Shown: positions 19,563 to 30,097 of the stretch, piece by piece
Layout of the letters: every line of letters starts with the position of its first letter
Position numbering within the stretch: position 1 is the first letter of the stretch
Source: an uncultured Acetatifactor sp.
GTDB lineage: Bacteria; Bacillota; Clostridia; Lachnospirales; Lachnospiraceae
Assembly (NCBI GenBank): GCA_910589655.1
Contig: CAJUTJ010000192.1
Coordinates: 1,051-65,050, forward strand
DNA: 64,000 bases
Direction: 5' to 3'
The notes under the pieces: generated by a model
What the model was told of the DNA's origin: nothing
The model's database searches: none
Seen by the model: the letters and a program-made list of their open reading frames with translations, nothing else
Translations under genes and position numbers: made by a program

Positions 19563-19598
19563 ATTGCGGTAGGCTTTCGGCCCTCCGCAATTTCTTTT
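19563..19598 (+). terminator. Rho-independent terminator
   Basis: ATTGCGG..CCGCAAT stem followed by TTCTTTTT. Confidence 0.65.
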
Positions 19599-19647
19599 TC
19601 CTATTTTACGGGTAGATATCCTATTGAGAACCAAGGGGGAAAGAGTT

Positions 19648-20538
19648 GTGGAAAAAGCTTTTAAGTTGGATTTTGTAAACGATAAGATGGGCAGTCTGTA
19701 TGTAAATTGCTGCGGTTGTTCACAGACGGAAGGGTTACACAGCTTCGGGCCTGCTTCCAAGCCCCACTATTTGATTCATTATGTTCTGAGCGGAAAGGGG
19801 ATTTTTCGTTTTCATGACAAGGAATATTCTCTGGAAACAGGGTATGGTTTTTTGATTCAGCCTAATGAGCTTGCCTTCTATCAGGCGGATGAAGAAGAGC
19901 CATGGAGTTATCTGTGGGTGGGCTTTGGAGGCAGCCGTGCGGAAGAATATCTGACCGCTATGGGGCTGTCTGCAAGACATCCTATTTTTTCCTGCGGCCG
20001 GGATCAGGAACTATATGATATTGTGCGGGATATGATGGAACATAATACCTTTGGCGTGGCGGACGATTTGAGGAGAAACGGGTTACTGGGTGTCTTTCTG
20101 TCCGTTTTGGCGGAAAGCGCCGGAGTGGTGGCCAAGGATGAGGAGGATAAGGGAAACCAATACGTGAAAAAGGCGGTATCCTTTATTCAGAGTAATTACT
20201 GTAATCCTATTAAGGTGACGGATGTGGCCGATTATGTCTGTATCAACAGAAGTTATTTATATACATTATTTCAAAATTATTTAGGAATGTCCCCTCAACA
20301 ATTTTTGACTACCTTCCGCATCACAAAGGCGCGGGAGCTTTTGGATTCTACTTCATACCCCATTGAAAGCATAGCCCTTTCCTGCGGATACAGCGATGCG
20401 CTGGTATTTACGAAAGCATTTCACGCCATGAAGGGGATGTCCCCCTCCCAATACCGTAAACTGAGCCATCGGGAAAGCTCCAAGGAGCAATTGCATGAGG
20501 TGGAGAATCTGATTGCGCAGTTGCTAAAGCAGCGCTGA
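19648..20538 (+). CDS. AraC family transcriptional regulator (MsmR-like)
   Basis: Cupin N-terminus HYLIHYVLSGKG; C-terminal IALSCGYSDALVFTKAF HTH; GTG start after AGGGGG. Confidence 0.9.
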   Translation: MEKAFKLDFVNDKMGSLYVNCCGCSQTEGLHSFGPASKPHYLIHYVLSGKGIFRFHDKEYSLETGYGFLIQPNELAFYQADEEEPWSYLWVGFGGSRAEEYLTAMGLSARHPIFSCGRDQELYDIVRDMMEHNTFGVADDLRRNGLLGVFLSVLAESAGVVAKDEEDKGNQYVKKAVSFIQSNYCNPIKVTDVADYVCINRSYLYTLFQNYLGMSPQQFLTTFRITKARELLDSTSYPIESIALSCGYSDALVFTKAFHAMKGMSPSQYRKLSHRESSKEQLHEVENLIAQLLKQR

Positions 20539-20800
20539 TTACGTTCGAAAAAATTTTTCCCATTTTTAAAACCTTTTTCCCTTACGTGAGGTTATATATT
20601 CTGTAAGCAGACAGTCTGCCGCAAAAGATCTCACATAAATATATTTTCTCTTGGTTCCGTTCTCGTAAAAGCATTGGTGTCAGCCGCCGCAGTATATTAC
20701 CGTTTCTCCCGCTGTTTTGCCTGTGAGAATGGATCCCGTGCCAAAAAGAAATGTTATTTGTGAATGATTTCCAAGGAACCGTTGCATAAGAGGAGCTGTC

Positions 20801-21412
20801 ATGGACGAGCGTCAATGGATACATGCCATTCAGAAGGGAGATAAACAATACTTGAAGGATATTGTCGAAAAATATTATGACGATATCTTCCGTTTTTGTG
20901 CCTTTCAATCCGGCAGCGGGGAAGACGCTTATGATCTGGCGCAGGAAACCTTTCTGAAATTTATCAGGTATGTGGAGGGCTACCGTTATCGTAATCTGAA
21001 GGGTTATCTGCTGACCGTTGCCATGAATTTATGCAGGGATTATCTCACGGAAAAAGGAAAGCGCGGAGAGAGGGAGATCAGCTATGACCAAAACGTTTCC
21101 GGTGAGAATGGTACGGAGGGTGACTCCCTGTGGGAGATATACCGTCCCCCCGAAGAGTTTTCCGGAGCGGAGGAGGCTTCTCCCGAAGCAAAATCGGTAG
21201 AGAGTGATGTGTACGGCCGTCTGACGAAACTATTGTCGGAACTGCCTCAGATACAGAGGGAGGCGTTGATCCTGCATTATATGTATGACATGAAATACCG
21301 GGAAATTGCTAAACTCACCGGAGTAACCGTATCCACAGTGAAATCCCGTGTGAAACAAGGGACGGAAAAGCTGCGGGGAAGAATGGAAAAGGAGGACTTT
21401 CTGGATGGTTAG
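20801..21412 (+). CDS. ECF RNA polymerase sigma factor
   Basis: Region 2 DAYDLAQETFLK and region 4 MKYREIA..STVKSRV. Confidence 0.92.
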   Translation: MDERQWIHAIQKGDKQYLKDIVEKYYDDIFRFCAFQSGSGEDAYDLAQETFLKFIRYVEGYRYRNLKGYLLTVAMNLCRDYLTEKGKRGEREISYDQNVSGENGTEGDSLWEIYRPPEEFSGAEEASPEAKSVESDVYGRLTKLLSELPQIQREALILHYMYDMKYREIAKLTGVTVSTVKSRVKQGTEKLRGRMEKEDFLDG

Positions 21413-22169
21413 AAAACGGCAGGAAAAAATTTGGGAGCGGGCAGCCGGAATGAAACCCGACCCGCAAAAAAAGAAGAAATCCCTTGCCTGTATTGAAGAA
21501 GTCATAGCGGACAAAAAAATTCATAATATACCCTCGCCGGCAGAGTTGATTCACATTCAGCTGCAATATATTTCGCCGGTATTCTGGCTGCTTCAAGGAG
21601 GGATGCTGCTGCTCTTGCTGCTGCTTTTATATCAAATGGCAAGAATGGGAGCGGAATTGGCGGATTACCTTTGGTGGAGTTCCATCGTGGCGGCGTGGAT
21701 GGGAATTTTGGCAAACGGTGCAGTGGGCAGGTATTTTTCACACGGAATGGCAGAGCTGGAGCAAAGCTGCTGTATTAACCTTTCCCAGATGTGGACAATC
21801 CGAATGATTTTGACCATCGGCGTGGATATCTGTATCCTAACGCTGTTCAGCGGCGGTGTTGCAATGTGCACAAATACATTTTTCGGGCGTATTGCCGTAT
21901 ATCTGCTTGTTCCTTTTGTGCTGTCCAATATCTGCTGTCTGTTGGCCGTCAGCGCATTGCGGGGCGGAAGAAGCAGGTATACGCTGATGGTGCTGGCGGT
22001 GCTGGCGGGCCTGACAGCGGCGGCGCCTTCTCTGTTTCCGGAGATTTACGGAACCGCCTACCTATGGGTATGGCTGTGCATGTTAGTTCTGGGGATCATA
22101 GTTTTTGCAGCGCAGATTAAGAATTGTTATGGCAGGATGATAAGGGGTGAAATGATATGTTGGAATTAA
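21405..22169 (+). CDS. Multi-pass membrane protein, putative anti-sigma or permease-like partner
   Basis: Overlaps the sigma gene, about 6 TM; sigma-membrane protein-ABC layout common in Firmicutes. Confidence 0.65.
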   Translation: MVRKRQEKIWERAAGMKPDPQKKKKSLACIEEVIADKKIHNIPSPAELIHIQLQYISPVFWLLQGGMLLLLLLLLYQMARMGAELADYLWWSSIVAAWMGILANGAVGRYFSHGMAELEQSCCINLSQMWTIRMILTIGVDICILTLFSGGVAMCTNTFFGRIAVYLLVPFVLSNICCLLAVSALRGGRSRYTLMVLAVLAGLTAAAPSLFPEIYGTAYLWVWLCMLVLGIIVFAAQIKNCYGRMIRGEMICWN

Positions 22170-23041
22170 AATTGGACAATGTTTCCAAAATTTATGGCGG
22201 GCATAGAGCCGTGGATGGGATTGAATATATTTTATCTCATGGAGTGTACGGCCTATTGGGAGCTAACGGTGCGGGAAAGACTACGCTTCTGCGTATGATC
22301 TGCGGCATCTTGGAGGTGACGGAGGGAAGAATTCTGTGTGAGGGCACCGAGATCAGGAAAATGGGGGCTGAGTACCGCAGGCTGTTGGGATATCTGCCCC
22401 AGAATTTCGGTTACTATCCGGAGTTTACGGCAAGAAAGTTTCTGATGTATCTTGCCGCGTTAAAGGCCATTCCCAAAAGGGAGGCGGCGGATAAAGTGGA
22501 AGAGCTGCTGCGGCTTGTGGATTTGGAGCAAGTAAAGGATAAGAAGGTCAAAACCTTTTCGGGGGGCATGGTGCGCCGGCTGGGCATTGCACAAGCGCTG
22601 CTGGGAGAACCGGAAATATTGATTTTGGACGAGCCTACGGCGGGTTTGGATCCCAAGGAAAGAATTCGTTTCCGAAATATTATCAGTGCGTTGTCCAAGA
22701 ATAGAATCATTATTTTATCTACCCATATCGTGTCGGATGTGGAATACATTGCAGATAAAATATTGTTGATGAAAGGCGGAAAGCTGCTGTCTGCGGGAGA
22801 CATAGAGCATATGCTTTCACAGGTCAGGGGAAAAGTCTGGGAATGCTGTATCCGGCCGGAGGAAGCGGAAGCCTATCAGGCAAATTTCTCCGTCAGCAAC
22901 CTGCGCAATACGGAACAGGGAGTAAAGCTTCGTATCGTTGCGGATGACTGCCCTCTTACGGATGCCGTGCCCGTTGATCCCGACTTGGAGGATGTATATT
23001 TGTATTATTTTAGGGAATTCGATAGAGAGCCTCTTTCTTAG
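22157..23041 (+). CDS. ABC transporter ATP-binding protein
   Basis: GANGAGKT, FSGGM, ILDEPT, STH. Confidence 0.95.
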   Translation: MLELKLDNVSKIYGGHRAVDGIEYILSHGVYGLLGANGAGKTTLLRMICGILEVTEGRILCEGTEIRKMGAEYRRLLGYLPQNFGYYPEFTARKFLMYLAALKAIPKREAADKVEELLRLVDLEQVKDKKVKTFSGGMVRRLGIAQALLGEPEILILDEPTAGLDPKERIRFRNIISALSKNRIIILSTHIVSDVEYIADKILLMKGGKLLSAGDIEHMLSQVRGKVWECCIRPEEAEAYQANFSVSNLRNTEQGVKLRIVADDCPLTDAVPVDPDLEDVYLYYFREFDREPLS

Positions 23042-23189
23042 AGCGTTGCGGTGCAGAGCCGGACAAAATGCTGTTAAATATGGACCAAGACATAAAAACA
23101 GTCACGGGGCGGAAACGCCGGGAAAGAAATTACTTTCTGACATGGGCGTTGAAGTGCGGTGACGGAAACGGGATTAGGAGGGAAACAGG

Positions 23190-24317
23190 ATGATGGGAAA
23201 AGAGTTGTATCGAATTTTTTCTCGTAGAATTACATTGCTGGCGTTAGCCGCAGCAACCGCTTTTTTGATATATTACGGATTTTTTCATATTTGGGAGGAG
23301 GCTGTTATTGAAGACGGAAATCTTTTACGTCACGGCGAGGCCGTGGCCCGCGACAAGGAAATAGCGGAAGAATTTGCCGGTCCGTTGACGGAGGAAACCG
23401 TTCGAGCCATTTGGGAAAAATACGGGGCGCCTGTAAATTATATGGATCCTGTGGTCAGGGAGGAGGATCTGCAGCGGCTGGCAGAACAGGGAGGATATGA
23501 CAATTATTGTAATACGGTCGTGACAAGGCTGTTTGCCGGCAAAGTGATTCAGGAGGACGGATCGGCAGTGTTTCTGCTGCCGGAGGAGATATCGGAAAGC
23601 CGATATCTGGACGGAAATCATATTTTCGGCTATGTGGGATTGGGTTGGAGCTGGTATTGGGATCAGTTTTTGGTGATGATCGTAATGGTTTCCGTTGTTG
23701 TGATTATTGCATTGGCGCCCATGTTCTCGGAGGACTATGCCTTCCGGACGGCGGACATAGTTCTGCCGACCGTAAGAGGACGCATCCGGATCTGGCAGAC
23801 ACGGGTGGGGGCAGGCTTTTTCTTTGCCTCGGCATACTATTGGCTGATGGGAGCTTTTATCTTTTTGTTAAATATCTTTTTTTACGGCGCGGACGGCCTG
23901 AATATAAGCTGTGGGTTTACCTATCTGCCCTATGATCTTATGAGGGATAGTGATCCCCTGTGGAAGGCTGTATTGATCATGCACTTGGGGGGCTGGTTTT
24001 CCATGTTGGCGTTGACTCTTCAGATACAAGCCGTTTCGTCCAAAAATAAGTCCACCTTTGGTGCGCTGCTATGGTCTCTGGCGGCTTTTCTGGGACCTAT
24101 CGCCATAATTAATTTTATACTAAAGAACCTGCCCTTTATGGGAGTGAATAAATGGCTGCAATATTTTTGTTATAGTATGCCTTTTTCCTTTTCCGGAATG
24201 TATTTGCAGGCGCCGCCGTCGGGAAAGCAGATATTGCTGACATTTGCGCTGATTACTGCCGTGTTGTCGTGCGCGCTGGGGGGCTTGTGCTGGTGCCGTC
24301 ATCAGGTAAGGAATTAA
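23190..24317 (+). CDS. ABC-2 type exporter permease
   Basis: KELYRIF N-terminus, APMFSED motif, about 6 TM, follows the ATPase. Confidence 0.75.
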   Translation: MMGKELYRIFSRRITLLALAAATAFLIYYGFFHIWEEAVIEDGNLLRHGEAVARDKEIAEEFAGPLTEETVRAIWEKYGAPVNYMDPVVREEDLQRLAEQGGYDNYCNTVVTRLFAGKVIQEDGSAVFLLPEEISESRYLDGNHIFGYVGLGWSWYWDQFLVMIVMVSVVVIIALAPMFSEDYAFRTADIVLPTVRGRIRIWQTRVGAGFFFASAYYWLMGAFIFLLNIFFYGADGLNISCGFTYLPYDLMRDSDPLWKAVLIMHLGGWFSMLALTLQIQAVSSKNKSTFGALLWSLAAFLGPIAIINFILKNLPFMGVNKWLQYFCYSMPFSFSGMYLQAPPSGKQILLTFALITAVLSCALGGLCWCRHQVRN

Positions 24318-24347
24318 GTATGTCTCAGCTAACATTTTGACAGGTTC

Positions 24348-24391
24348 AAAAAACAAATGGATGTGGTAATCCATTTGTTTTTTTGTATAAT
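24348..24391 (+). promoter_or_regulatory. 15-bp inverted repeat (terminator or operator) abutting the galK -10 box
   Basis: AAAAAACAAATGGAT-N6-ATCCATTTGTTTTTT, then TATAAT at 24386. Confidence 0.55.
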
Positions 24392-24438
24392 AGAATTATA
24401 ACAACGTAATGTATCGGAAGATACGGATTGGAGAGGGT

Positions 24439-25602
24439 ATGAAAGATATAATCTTAAAAAAGTTTGCGGAAGTATTTGGGGATGCGGAGGGCGCTAAAGC
24501 ATATTTTGCGCCGGGGCGAGTAAATCTGATCGGAGAACATACCGACTATAACGGCGGCCATGTCTTTCCCTGTGCATTGACAATCGGCACCTACGGAGCG
24601 GCAAGAAAGAGAACGGACAACAAACTGAGATTTTTCTCCATGAATTTCGGGCATTTGGGTGTGCTGGAATCTTCACTGGAGGAATTGGTTCCTTCCGGCG
24701 AAGCGGGATGGACGAACTATCCGAAGGGAATGATCTGGGCCTTCGGCGAGAAGGGGATGAAGGTTCCCTGTGGCATGGATCTGCTGCTGAACGGTAATAT
24801 TCCCAACGGCTCCGGCCTGTCTTCTTCCGCTTCCGTGGAAATTTTGACGGGACATATATTGAGAGATTTTTTTGACTTTAAGGTATCCAATCAGGAGCTG
24901 GCATTGATCGGACAGTATTCGGAGAATAACTTTAATAAAGTAAACTGCGGTATCATGGATCAGTTTGCAATTGCCATGGGAAAAGAAAATAACGCTATCT
25001 TCTTGGATACTGCCGACTTATCCTATGAATATGCGCCCATTGTTTTAAAAGGAGCTAAGATTGTCATTGCATGCAGTAATAAAAAGAGAGGGCTGGGTGA
25101 ATCCAAATATAATGAACGCCGCAGCGAATGCGAGACGGCTCTGGCAGAGTTAAAGCAGGTAACGGAAATCAATTCTCTTGGAGATTTGGATGAGGAGACT
25201 TTTGAAAAGGTTAAATCCGCTATAAAAGACGAGGTGCGCGTGAGAAGGGCAAAACATGCGGTGTATGAGAACCGGCGCACGATCCATGCCGTGGAAGCCT
25301 TGAAAGCTAACGATGTGGAGGAATTCGGCAGGCTGATGAACGAATCCCATGTATCCTTGCGGGACGACTATGAGGTCACGGGTATAGAGCTGGATACTTT
25401 GGTGGAGGAAGCATGGAAAGTGGAAGGCGTCATCGGTTCCCGCATGACCGGTGCAGGCTTTGGCGGCTGTACTGTCAGCATAGTAAAGGATGAGGCCATT
25501 GATACCTTTATCGAGACGGTGGGAAAAGCATATAAAGAAAAGATCGGATATGCGGCTGACTTTTATGTAGTAGAGATTGGGGACGGCCCCAGAACCTTAT
25601 AA
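24439..25602 (+). CDS. galK: Galactokinase
   Basis: APGRVNLIGEHTDYN, PNGSGLSSSAS, CGIMDQ, GSRMTGAGFGG. Confidence 0.97.
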   Translation: MKDIILKKFAEVFGDAEGAKAYFAPGRVNLIGEHTDYNGGHVFPCALTIGTYGAARKRTDNKLRFFSMNFGHLGVLESSLEELVPSGEAGWTNYPKGMIWAFGEKGMKVPCGMDLLLNGNIPNGSGLSSSASVEILTGHILRDFFDFKVSNQELALIGQYSENNFNKVNCGIMDQFAIAMGKENNAIFLDTADLSYEYAPIVLKGAKIVIACSNKKRGLGESKYNERRSECETALAELKQVTEINSLGDLDEETFEKVKSAIKDEVRVRRAKHAVYENRRTIHAVEALKANDVEEFGRLMNESHVSLRDDYEVTGIELDTLVEEAWKVEGVIGSRMTGAGFGGCTVSIVKDEAIDTFIETVGKAYKEKIGYAADFYVVEIGDGPRTL

Positions 25603-25683
25603 AGCAAGGGGATATTGGTCAAAGATATATGCGGATTTGTGCCGGATAGATGAGACGGGGAAAGGATGGAAAGAGGTATGGAT

Positions 25684-27183
25684 ATGATTCAGACAGATAT
25701 CAGAAAATTGGTTTCTTATGGCGTGCAGACAGGGCTGGTCCCTGAGGAGGATGTAATTTTTACCACAAACAGACTTTTGGAATTGTTCGGGCTGGATGAG
25801 TTGGAAGAGCCTTCCGAAGATGTTTCCATGGAGGAGGAAGCGTTAGAAGAAGTATTACATAGTATGTGTGACTATGCGGTATCAAAGGGGCTGACGGAAG
25901 ACAGCATTGTGTATCGAGACCTTTTTGACACCAAGATTATGAGTATGCTGATGCCCCGGCCCAGTGAGGTGATTCGTAAGTTCCGGGATCTGTACGATAC
26001 TGTCTCGCCGGAGGCGGCTACGGATTATTATTATAAGTTAAGCAAGGATTCCGATTATATCCGCAGATACCGCATCTGCAAGGATATGAAGTGGGTTGTT
26101 CCCACCCAATACGGTGATTTGGACATTACCATTAATCTTTCCAAGCCGGAGAAGGATCCCAAGGCAATAGCCGCGGCAAAAAACACAAAGCAGTCAGGAT
26201 ATCCCAAATGTCTGTTGTGCAGAGAGAATGAGGGATATGCGGGGCGTGTAAACCATCCTGCCAGACAGAACCACAGGATCATTCCCGTGACCATAAACGG
26301 CAGCCAGTGGGGATTTCAGTATTCGCCCTATGTATATTATAATGAGCATTGTATTGTATTCAATTCCCGGCATACACCTATGAAGATCGAACATGCCGCT
26401 TTTTGTAAGCTGTTTGATTTTGTAAAGCAGTTTCCCCATTATTTTGTAGGATCCAATGCCGATCTGCCTATTGTAGGCGGCTCTATCTTAAGCCATGATC
26501 ATTTTCAGGGAGGACATTATGAATTTGCCATGGCGAAGGCGCCTATTGACAGAGCCTTTACCGTAAAAGGCTACGAGGATGTGGCAGCAGGCGTTGTAAA
26601 CTGGCCCATGTCGGTGATCCGTTTGAGCGGGACGGATACGGACCGCATTATTGCCCTTGCGGATGTGATACTGGAAAAATGGAGAACCTATACGGATGAG
26701 GCGGCATTTATCTATGCGTTTACGGAGGGAGAGCCTCATAATACCATTACTCCCATTGCCAGAAAAAGGGGAGACAAATTTGAATTGGATTTGGTGCTGA
26801 GGAACAATATTACAACGGAAGAGCATCCGTTGGGGGTATATCATCCTCATGCAAAATTGCATCACATCAAAAAAGAGAATATCGGTCTCATTGAAGTGAT
26901 GGGTCTTGCCGTGCTTCCTGCCCGGTTAAAAGAGGAGATGGCAAAGCTGAAAGCAGCAATACTCACGGGAAATGATCTCCGGACGGATGACGAGCTGGAA
27001 AAACATGCGGACTGGGTGGATGAATTTTCCGCAAAATACGACAAAATCGACGATACCAATATTGACGGCATTATTGAAAAGGAAATCGGTCTTGTCTTTA
27101 TGGAAGTGTTGGAGGACGCCGGTGTCTATAAAAGGACGGAAGAAGGGCAGAAAGCCTTTGATCTGTTTTTGCAAAGCCTGTAG
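25684..27183 (+). CDS. galT: UDP-glucose--hexose-1-phosphate uridylyltransferase (Firmicute type II)
   Basis: TINLSKPEKDP, YSPYVYYNEH, GSILSHDHFQGG, HHIKKENIGLIEVMG; follows galK. Confidence 0.95.
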   Translation: MIQTDIRKLVSYGVQTGLVPEEDVIFTTNRLLELFGLDELEEPSEDVSMEEEALEEVLHSMCDYAVSKGLTEDSIVYRDLFDTKIMSMLMPRPSEVIRKFRDLYDTVSPEAATDYYYKLSKDSDYIRRYRICKDMKWVVPTQYGDLDITINLSKPEKDPKAIAAAKNTKQSGYPKCLLCRENEGYAGRVNHPARQNHRIIPVTINGSQWGFQYSPYVYYNEHCIVFNSRHTPMKIEHAAFCKLFDFVKQFPHYFVGSNADLPIVGGSILSHDHFQGGHYEFAMAKAPIDRAFTVKGYEDVAAGVVNWPMSVIRLSGTDTDRIIALADVILEKWRTYTDEAAFIYAFTEGEPHNTITPIARKRGDKFELDLVLRNNITTEEHPLGVYHPHAKLHHIKKENIGLIEVMGLAVLPARLKEEMAKLKAAILTGNDLRTDDELEKHADWVDEFSAKYDKIDDTNIDGIIEKEIGLVFMEVLEDAGVYKRTEEGQKAFDLFLQSL

Positions 27184-27310
27184 CACAGGGAGCCTCGACG
27201 GGATAAGGGTTAGCCATAGGGAGCAGGCTGAGGCAAGAGAGTTTGCCGGTGTGTTTTAAGGATGGATAACCGGAGATACCTTCAAGACAGTGCAATGGAA
27301 AGGGGAAAAC

Positions 27311-29011
27311 GTGAAATTTTTACTGGCAGCGATCAATGCAAAATTTATACATTCCAATCCCGCTATTTACAGCCTGCGGGCTTATGCGGGGGAGGAGCTG
27401 CAGCAATACATAGAGCTTGCGGAATATACGATTAATCAGCCGGTTCCGGAGATCTTGGCGGATCTGTACCGCCGGGATCCCGATGTTATCGGCTTTTCCT
27501 GCTATATTTGGAATTGGCGCTGCGTTCAGGAGCTGCTGAGAGAGCTTCCCAAGCTGCTGCCAGACACGAGTGTCTGGCTGGGCGGTCCCGAGGTTTCTTA
27601 TTATCCCGAAAACATTGTGGCGGAATATCCCTTTGTCAAGGGTATAATGGTGGGGGAAGGGGAGACTGTCTTCCGGAAACTAATGGAATATTACACTTAT
27701 CAGGGAACGGAGCCGTTTTACCTGAAAGATGTGCCGGGTCTGTATCTTAGGAGCGGTTATACCCGGCCACAGAAACCGGCAGAGCTGAGTGCCATTCCGT
27801 TTTTGTATCGGGATCTGACTCCCTTTTCCAACAGAATTCTCTATTATGAGACAAGCCGGGGCTGCCCCTATAGATGCAGCTACTGTCTCTCTTCCATCGA
27901 TAAAACCGTCCGGTTCCGCGACATCGGCATAGTAAAACAGGAGCTGCAGTATTTCTTAGACCATCGTGTGAAGCAGGTGAAATTCATTGACCGCACTTTC
28001 AACTGCAGTCATGAGCATGGAACGGAAATATGGAAATATCTATATGAACATGACAATGGGGTTACAAATTTTCATTTTGAGATATCTGCGGATATTCTGC
28101 GGGAGGATGAAATAGCTTTGCTGAATAAGCTCCGGCCCGGCCTCGCACAGCTGGAAATCGGTGTGCAAAGTACAAATCCCGAAACCCTTCGTGCAATCTG
28201 CCGAAATACGGATATTGAAAAATTAGAAGCCAATGTGGCGGCAATCCGCCGGGGGAATAATATACATCAGCATCTGGATTTGATCGCGGGTCTGCCCTAT
28301 GAAGGGTACGAGAGCTTCGGGCATTCCTTTGACCGGGTATACCGCATGAAGCCGGAGCAGCTGCAATTGGGTTTTTTGAAAGTGCTTAAAGGCTCTCCGA
28401 TGTATGAGAAGGCGGAGGAATATGGTATCGTATATACGGATAAGCCGCCCTACGAGGTTCTTTACACAAAATGGCTGTCCTATGAGGATGTGCTTCGTCT
28501 CAAGGGGATAGAGGAGATGGTGGAGCTGTACTATAACAGCAGCCAGTTTACCCACACGCTGCCCTTGCTGGAAACCGTTTTTTCAAGTCCTTTTGCCATG
28601 TTTGAAGCTTTGGCTGATTTTTATAGGGAAAAAGGATATTTTATCAATAGTCCGTCGAGAGGATACCGGTATCATGTGATACTGGAATTTGCGTGTAAAT
28701 ATGACGGTGACAGAGAGTATGTTTACAGGGAGTTGTTGACCTATGATATGTACCTGCGGGAGAATTTAAAGAGCAGGCCGGACTTTGCAAAAGATCCGGT
28801 GCCGTATAAAGAAAGGATTCGAAGCTTTTTCCGGGAAAGCGGCAGACAGCGGAATCTGGCGCACCTAGAGCCCTTTGCATATCCGGTGTGGGATTTGGAG
28901 GCGGTGAAAGCCGGAGAAAGGAACGAAAGGGAAGTATTCGTACTCTTTGACTATGCAAGGCGCAGTCCCCTGACTTATGAGGCGGATACGGAAAGGCTCC
29001 CCGAGCTCTGA
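27311..29011 (+). CDS. B12-binding radical SAM protein (DUF4080-type C-terminus)
   Basis: GFSCYIWN and LGGPEVS B12-binding region; SRGCPYRCSYC CxxxCxxC. Confidence 0.88.
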   Translation: MKFLLAAINAKFIHSNPAIYSLRAYAGEELQQYIELAEYTINQPVPEILADLYRRDPDVIGFSCYIWNWRCVQELLRELPKLLPDTSVWLGGPEVSYYPENIVAEYPFVKGIMVGEGETVFRKLMEYYTYQGTEPFYLKDVPGLYLRSGYTRPQKPAELSAIPFLYRDLTPFSNRILYYETSRGCPYRCSYCLSSIDKTVRFRDIGIVKQELQYFLDHRVKQVKFIDRTFNCSHEHGTEIWKYLYEHDNGVTNFHFEISADILREDEIALLNKLRPGLAQLEIGVQSTNPETLRAICRNTDIEKLEANVAAIRRGNNIHQHLDLIAGLPYEGYESFGHSFDRVYRMKPEQLQLGFLKVLKGSPMYEKAEEYGIVYTDKPPYEVLYTKWLSYEDVLRLKGIEEMVELYYNSSQFTHTLPLLETVFSSPFAMFEALADFYREKGYFINSPSRGYRYHVILEFACKYDGDREYVYRELLTYDMYLRENLKSRPDFAKDPVPYKERIRSFFRESGRQRNLAHLEPFAYPVWDLEAVKAGERNEREVFVLFDYARRSPLTYEADTERLPEL

Positions 29012-29108
29012 TTGGGCAAAAGGAACATTACATGACCAAGGAACTAATGCATATCCGCAGCAGTGGAAGCATAAGATGATTATGGTTGTACAATTTCTAT
29101 ATGTCAGT

Positions 29109-29723
29109 CTATATGTCAGGGTACAGCTCCTTCAAATGGTTTAAAATGATTTTGCTGTTGGATGAATGCAGTATGGATGCCGTGTCCGTCAAATTGCGGA
29201 TTTTATCACTTTCTCTTTGGGAAACGTAATAATCGGCCAATTGATAATAGGTACGGCTGATGTCCGTATGGGTGGTAACGGCAAATTCCATGAGCACGGA
29301 GGCTTCTTTGTCATAGCCTGCGGCAATCAACAGATCCGCCCATTTCTGCAGTGTACGTACTAGAATAGTGTAATTTTGGTCGTACTCCGTCAGAACGGTG
29401 ATGTTGGCGGTGCCGTATTCCAGCTTCAGGTCGGTATTGGAAAAGCCTGTCAAATTGACTATCTTTTGGGATGTCAATGTCTCCACGATATCAATACATT
29501 CTATTACCGCAGGATCCTCCCGGAGAAGATGGGTGGGAAAAGTTTCCAGCGGGATATGGATATAATTTAAATGATCCAGAGACTTTTTGCGGACAGAATT
29601 TGCCAGACGCTCCCTTTCCCAGAAATTCTTTTCTTGATTTTCCTGAAGCTTGCGCTGTCTTTTCAGGTGAAAATAAAGAAAGAGTATGAAAACAATTAAA
29701 CTTGCCAAAAACACTAAATTCAT
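29109..29723 (-). CDS. Hypothetical protein with N-terminal membrane anchor
   Basis: GAAAGGA RBS, N-terminal TM, FWERERLANSVRKK; no function recognised. Confidence 0.75.
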   Translation of the reverse strand: MNLVFLASLIVFILFLYFHLKRQRKLQENQEKNFWERERLANSVRKKSLDHLNYIHIPLETFPTHLLREDPAVIECIDIVETLTSQKIVNLTGFSNTDLKLEYGTANITVLTEYDQNYTILVRTLQKWADLLIAAGYDKEASVLMEFAVTTHTDISRTYYQLADYYVSQRESDKIRNLTDTASILHSSNSKIILNHLKELYPDI

Positions 29724-29833
29724 ATATAATATCCTTTCAGAGTTTTAATAAAATATGATTTTGCATATCGCTGCCGCAGCGGCAGACAGCAGAGGTTTCG
29801 TCAGCGCCGCACCAATTGAGGAGACATAAGGTT

Positions 29834-29941
29834 ATGTTCAATTTAAGCAATAAAAAGACCAAACGGCGTATATCGGCAGTCATTATAGCCATATTGGTGA
29901 TTGCTATGATCATACCCACTTTAACATATTTTTTTACGTAA
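29834..29941 (+). CDS. 35-aa membrane peptide (Prli42/DUF4044-like), absent from the ORF track
   Basis: GAGGAG RBS; MFNLSNKKTKRRISAVIIAILVIAMIIPTLTYFFT, basic N-terminus plus one TM. Confidence 0.7.
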   Translation: MFNLSNKKTKRRISAVIIAILVIAMIIPTLTYFFT

Positions 29942-30097
29942 TTCAATTCCCATTGATTGCATGTGTCGTTTGACGGCATAAAGGGTTGCTGTGAACGGAG
30001 TGAACAGTAACCATGAAGGGGCATGTAATGTTGTGGCGGAAAGAGCATCGCAGTGGCGAAGGCATCGGAAGCTGCGGAAAGGTAAGGGGCATTCAAT

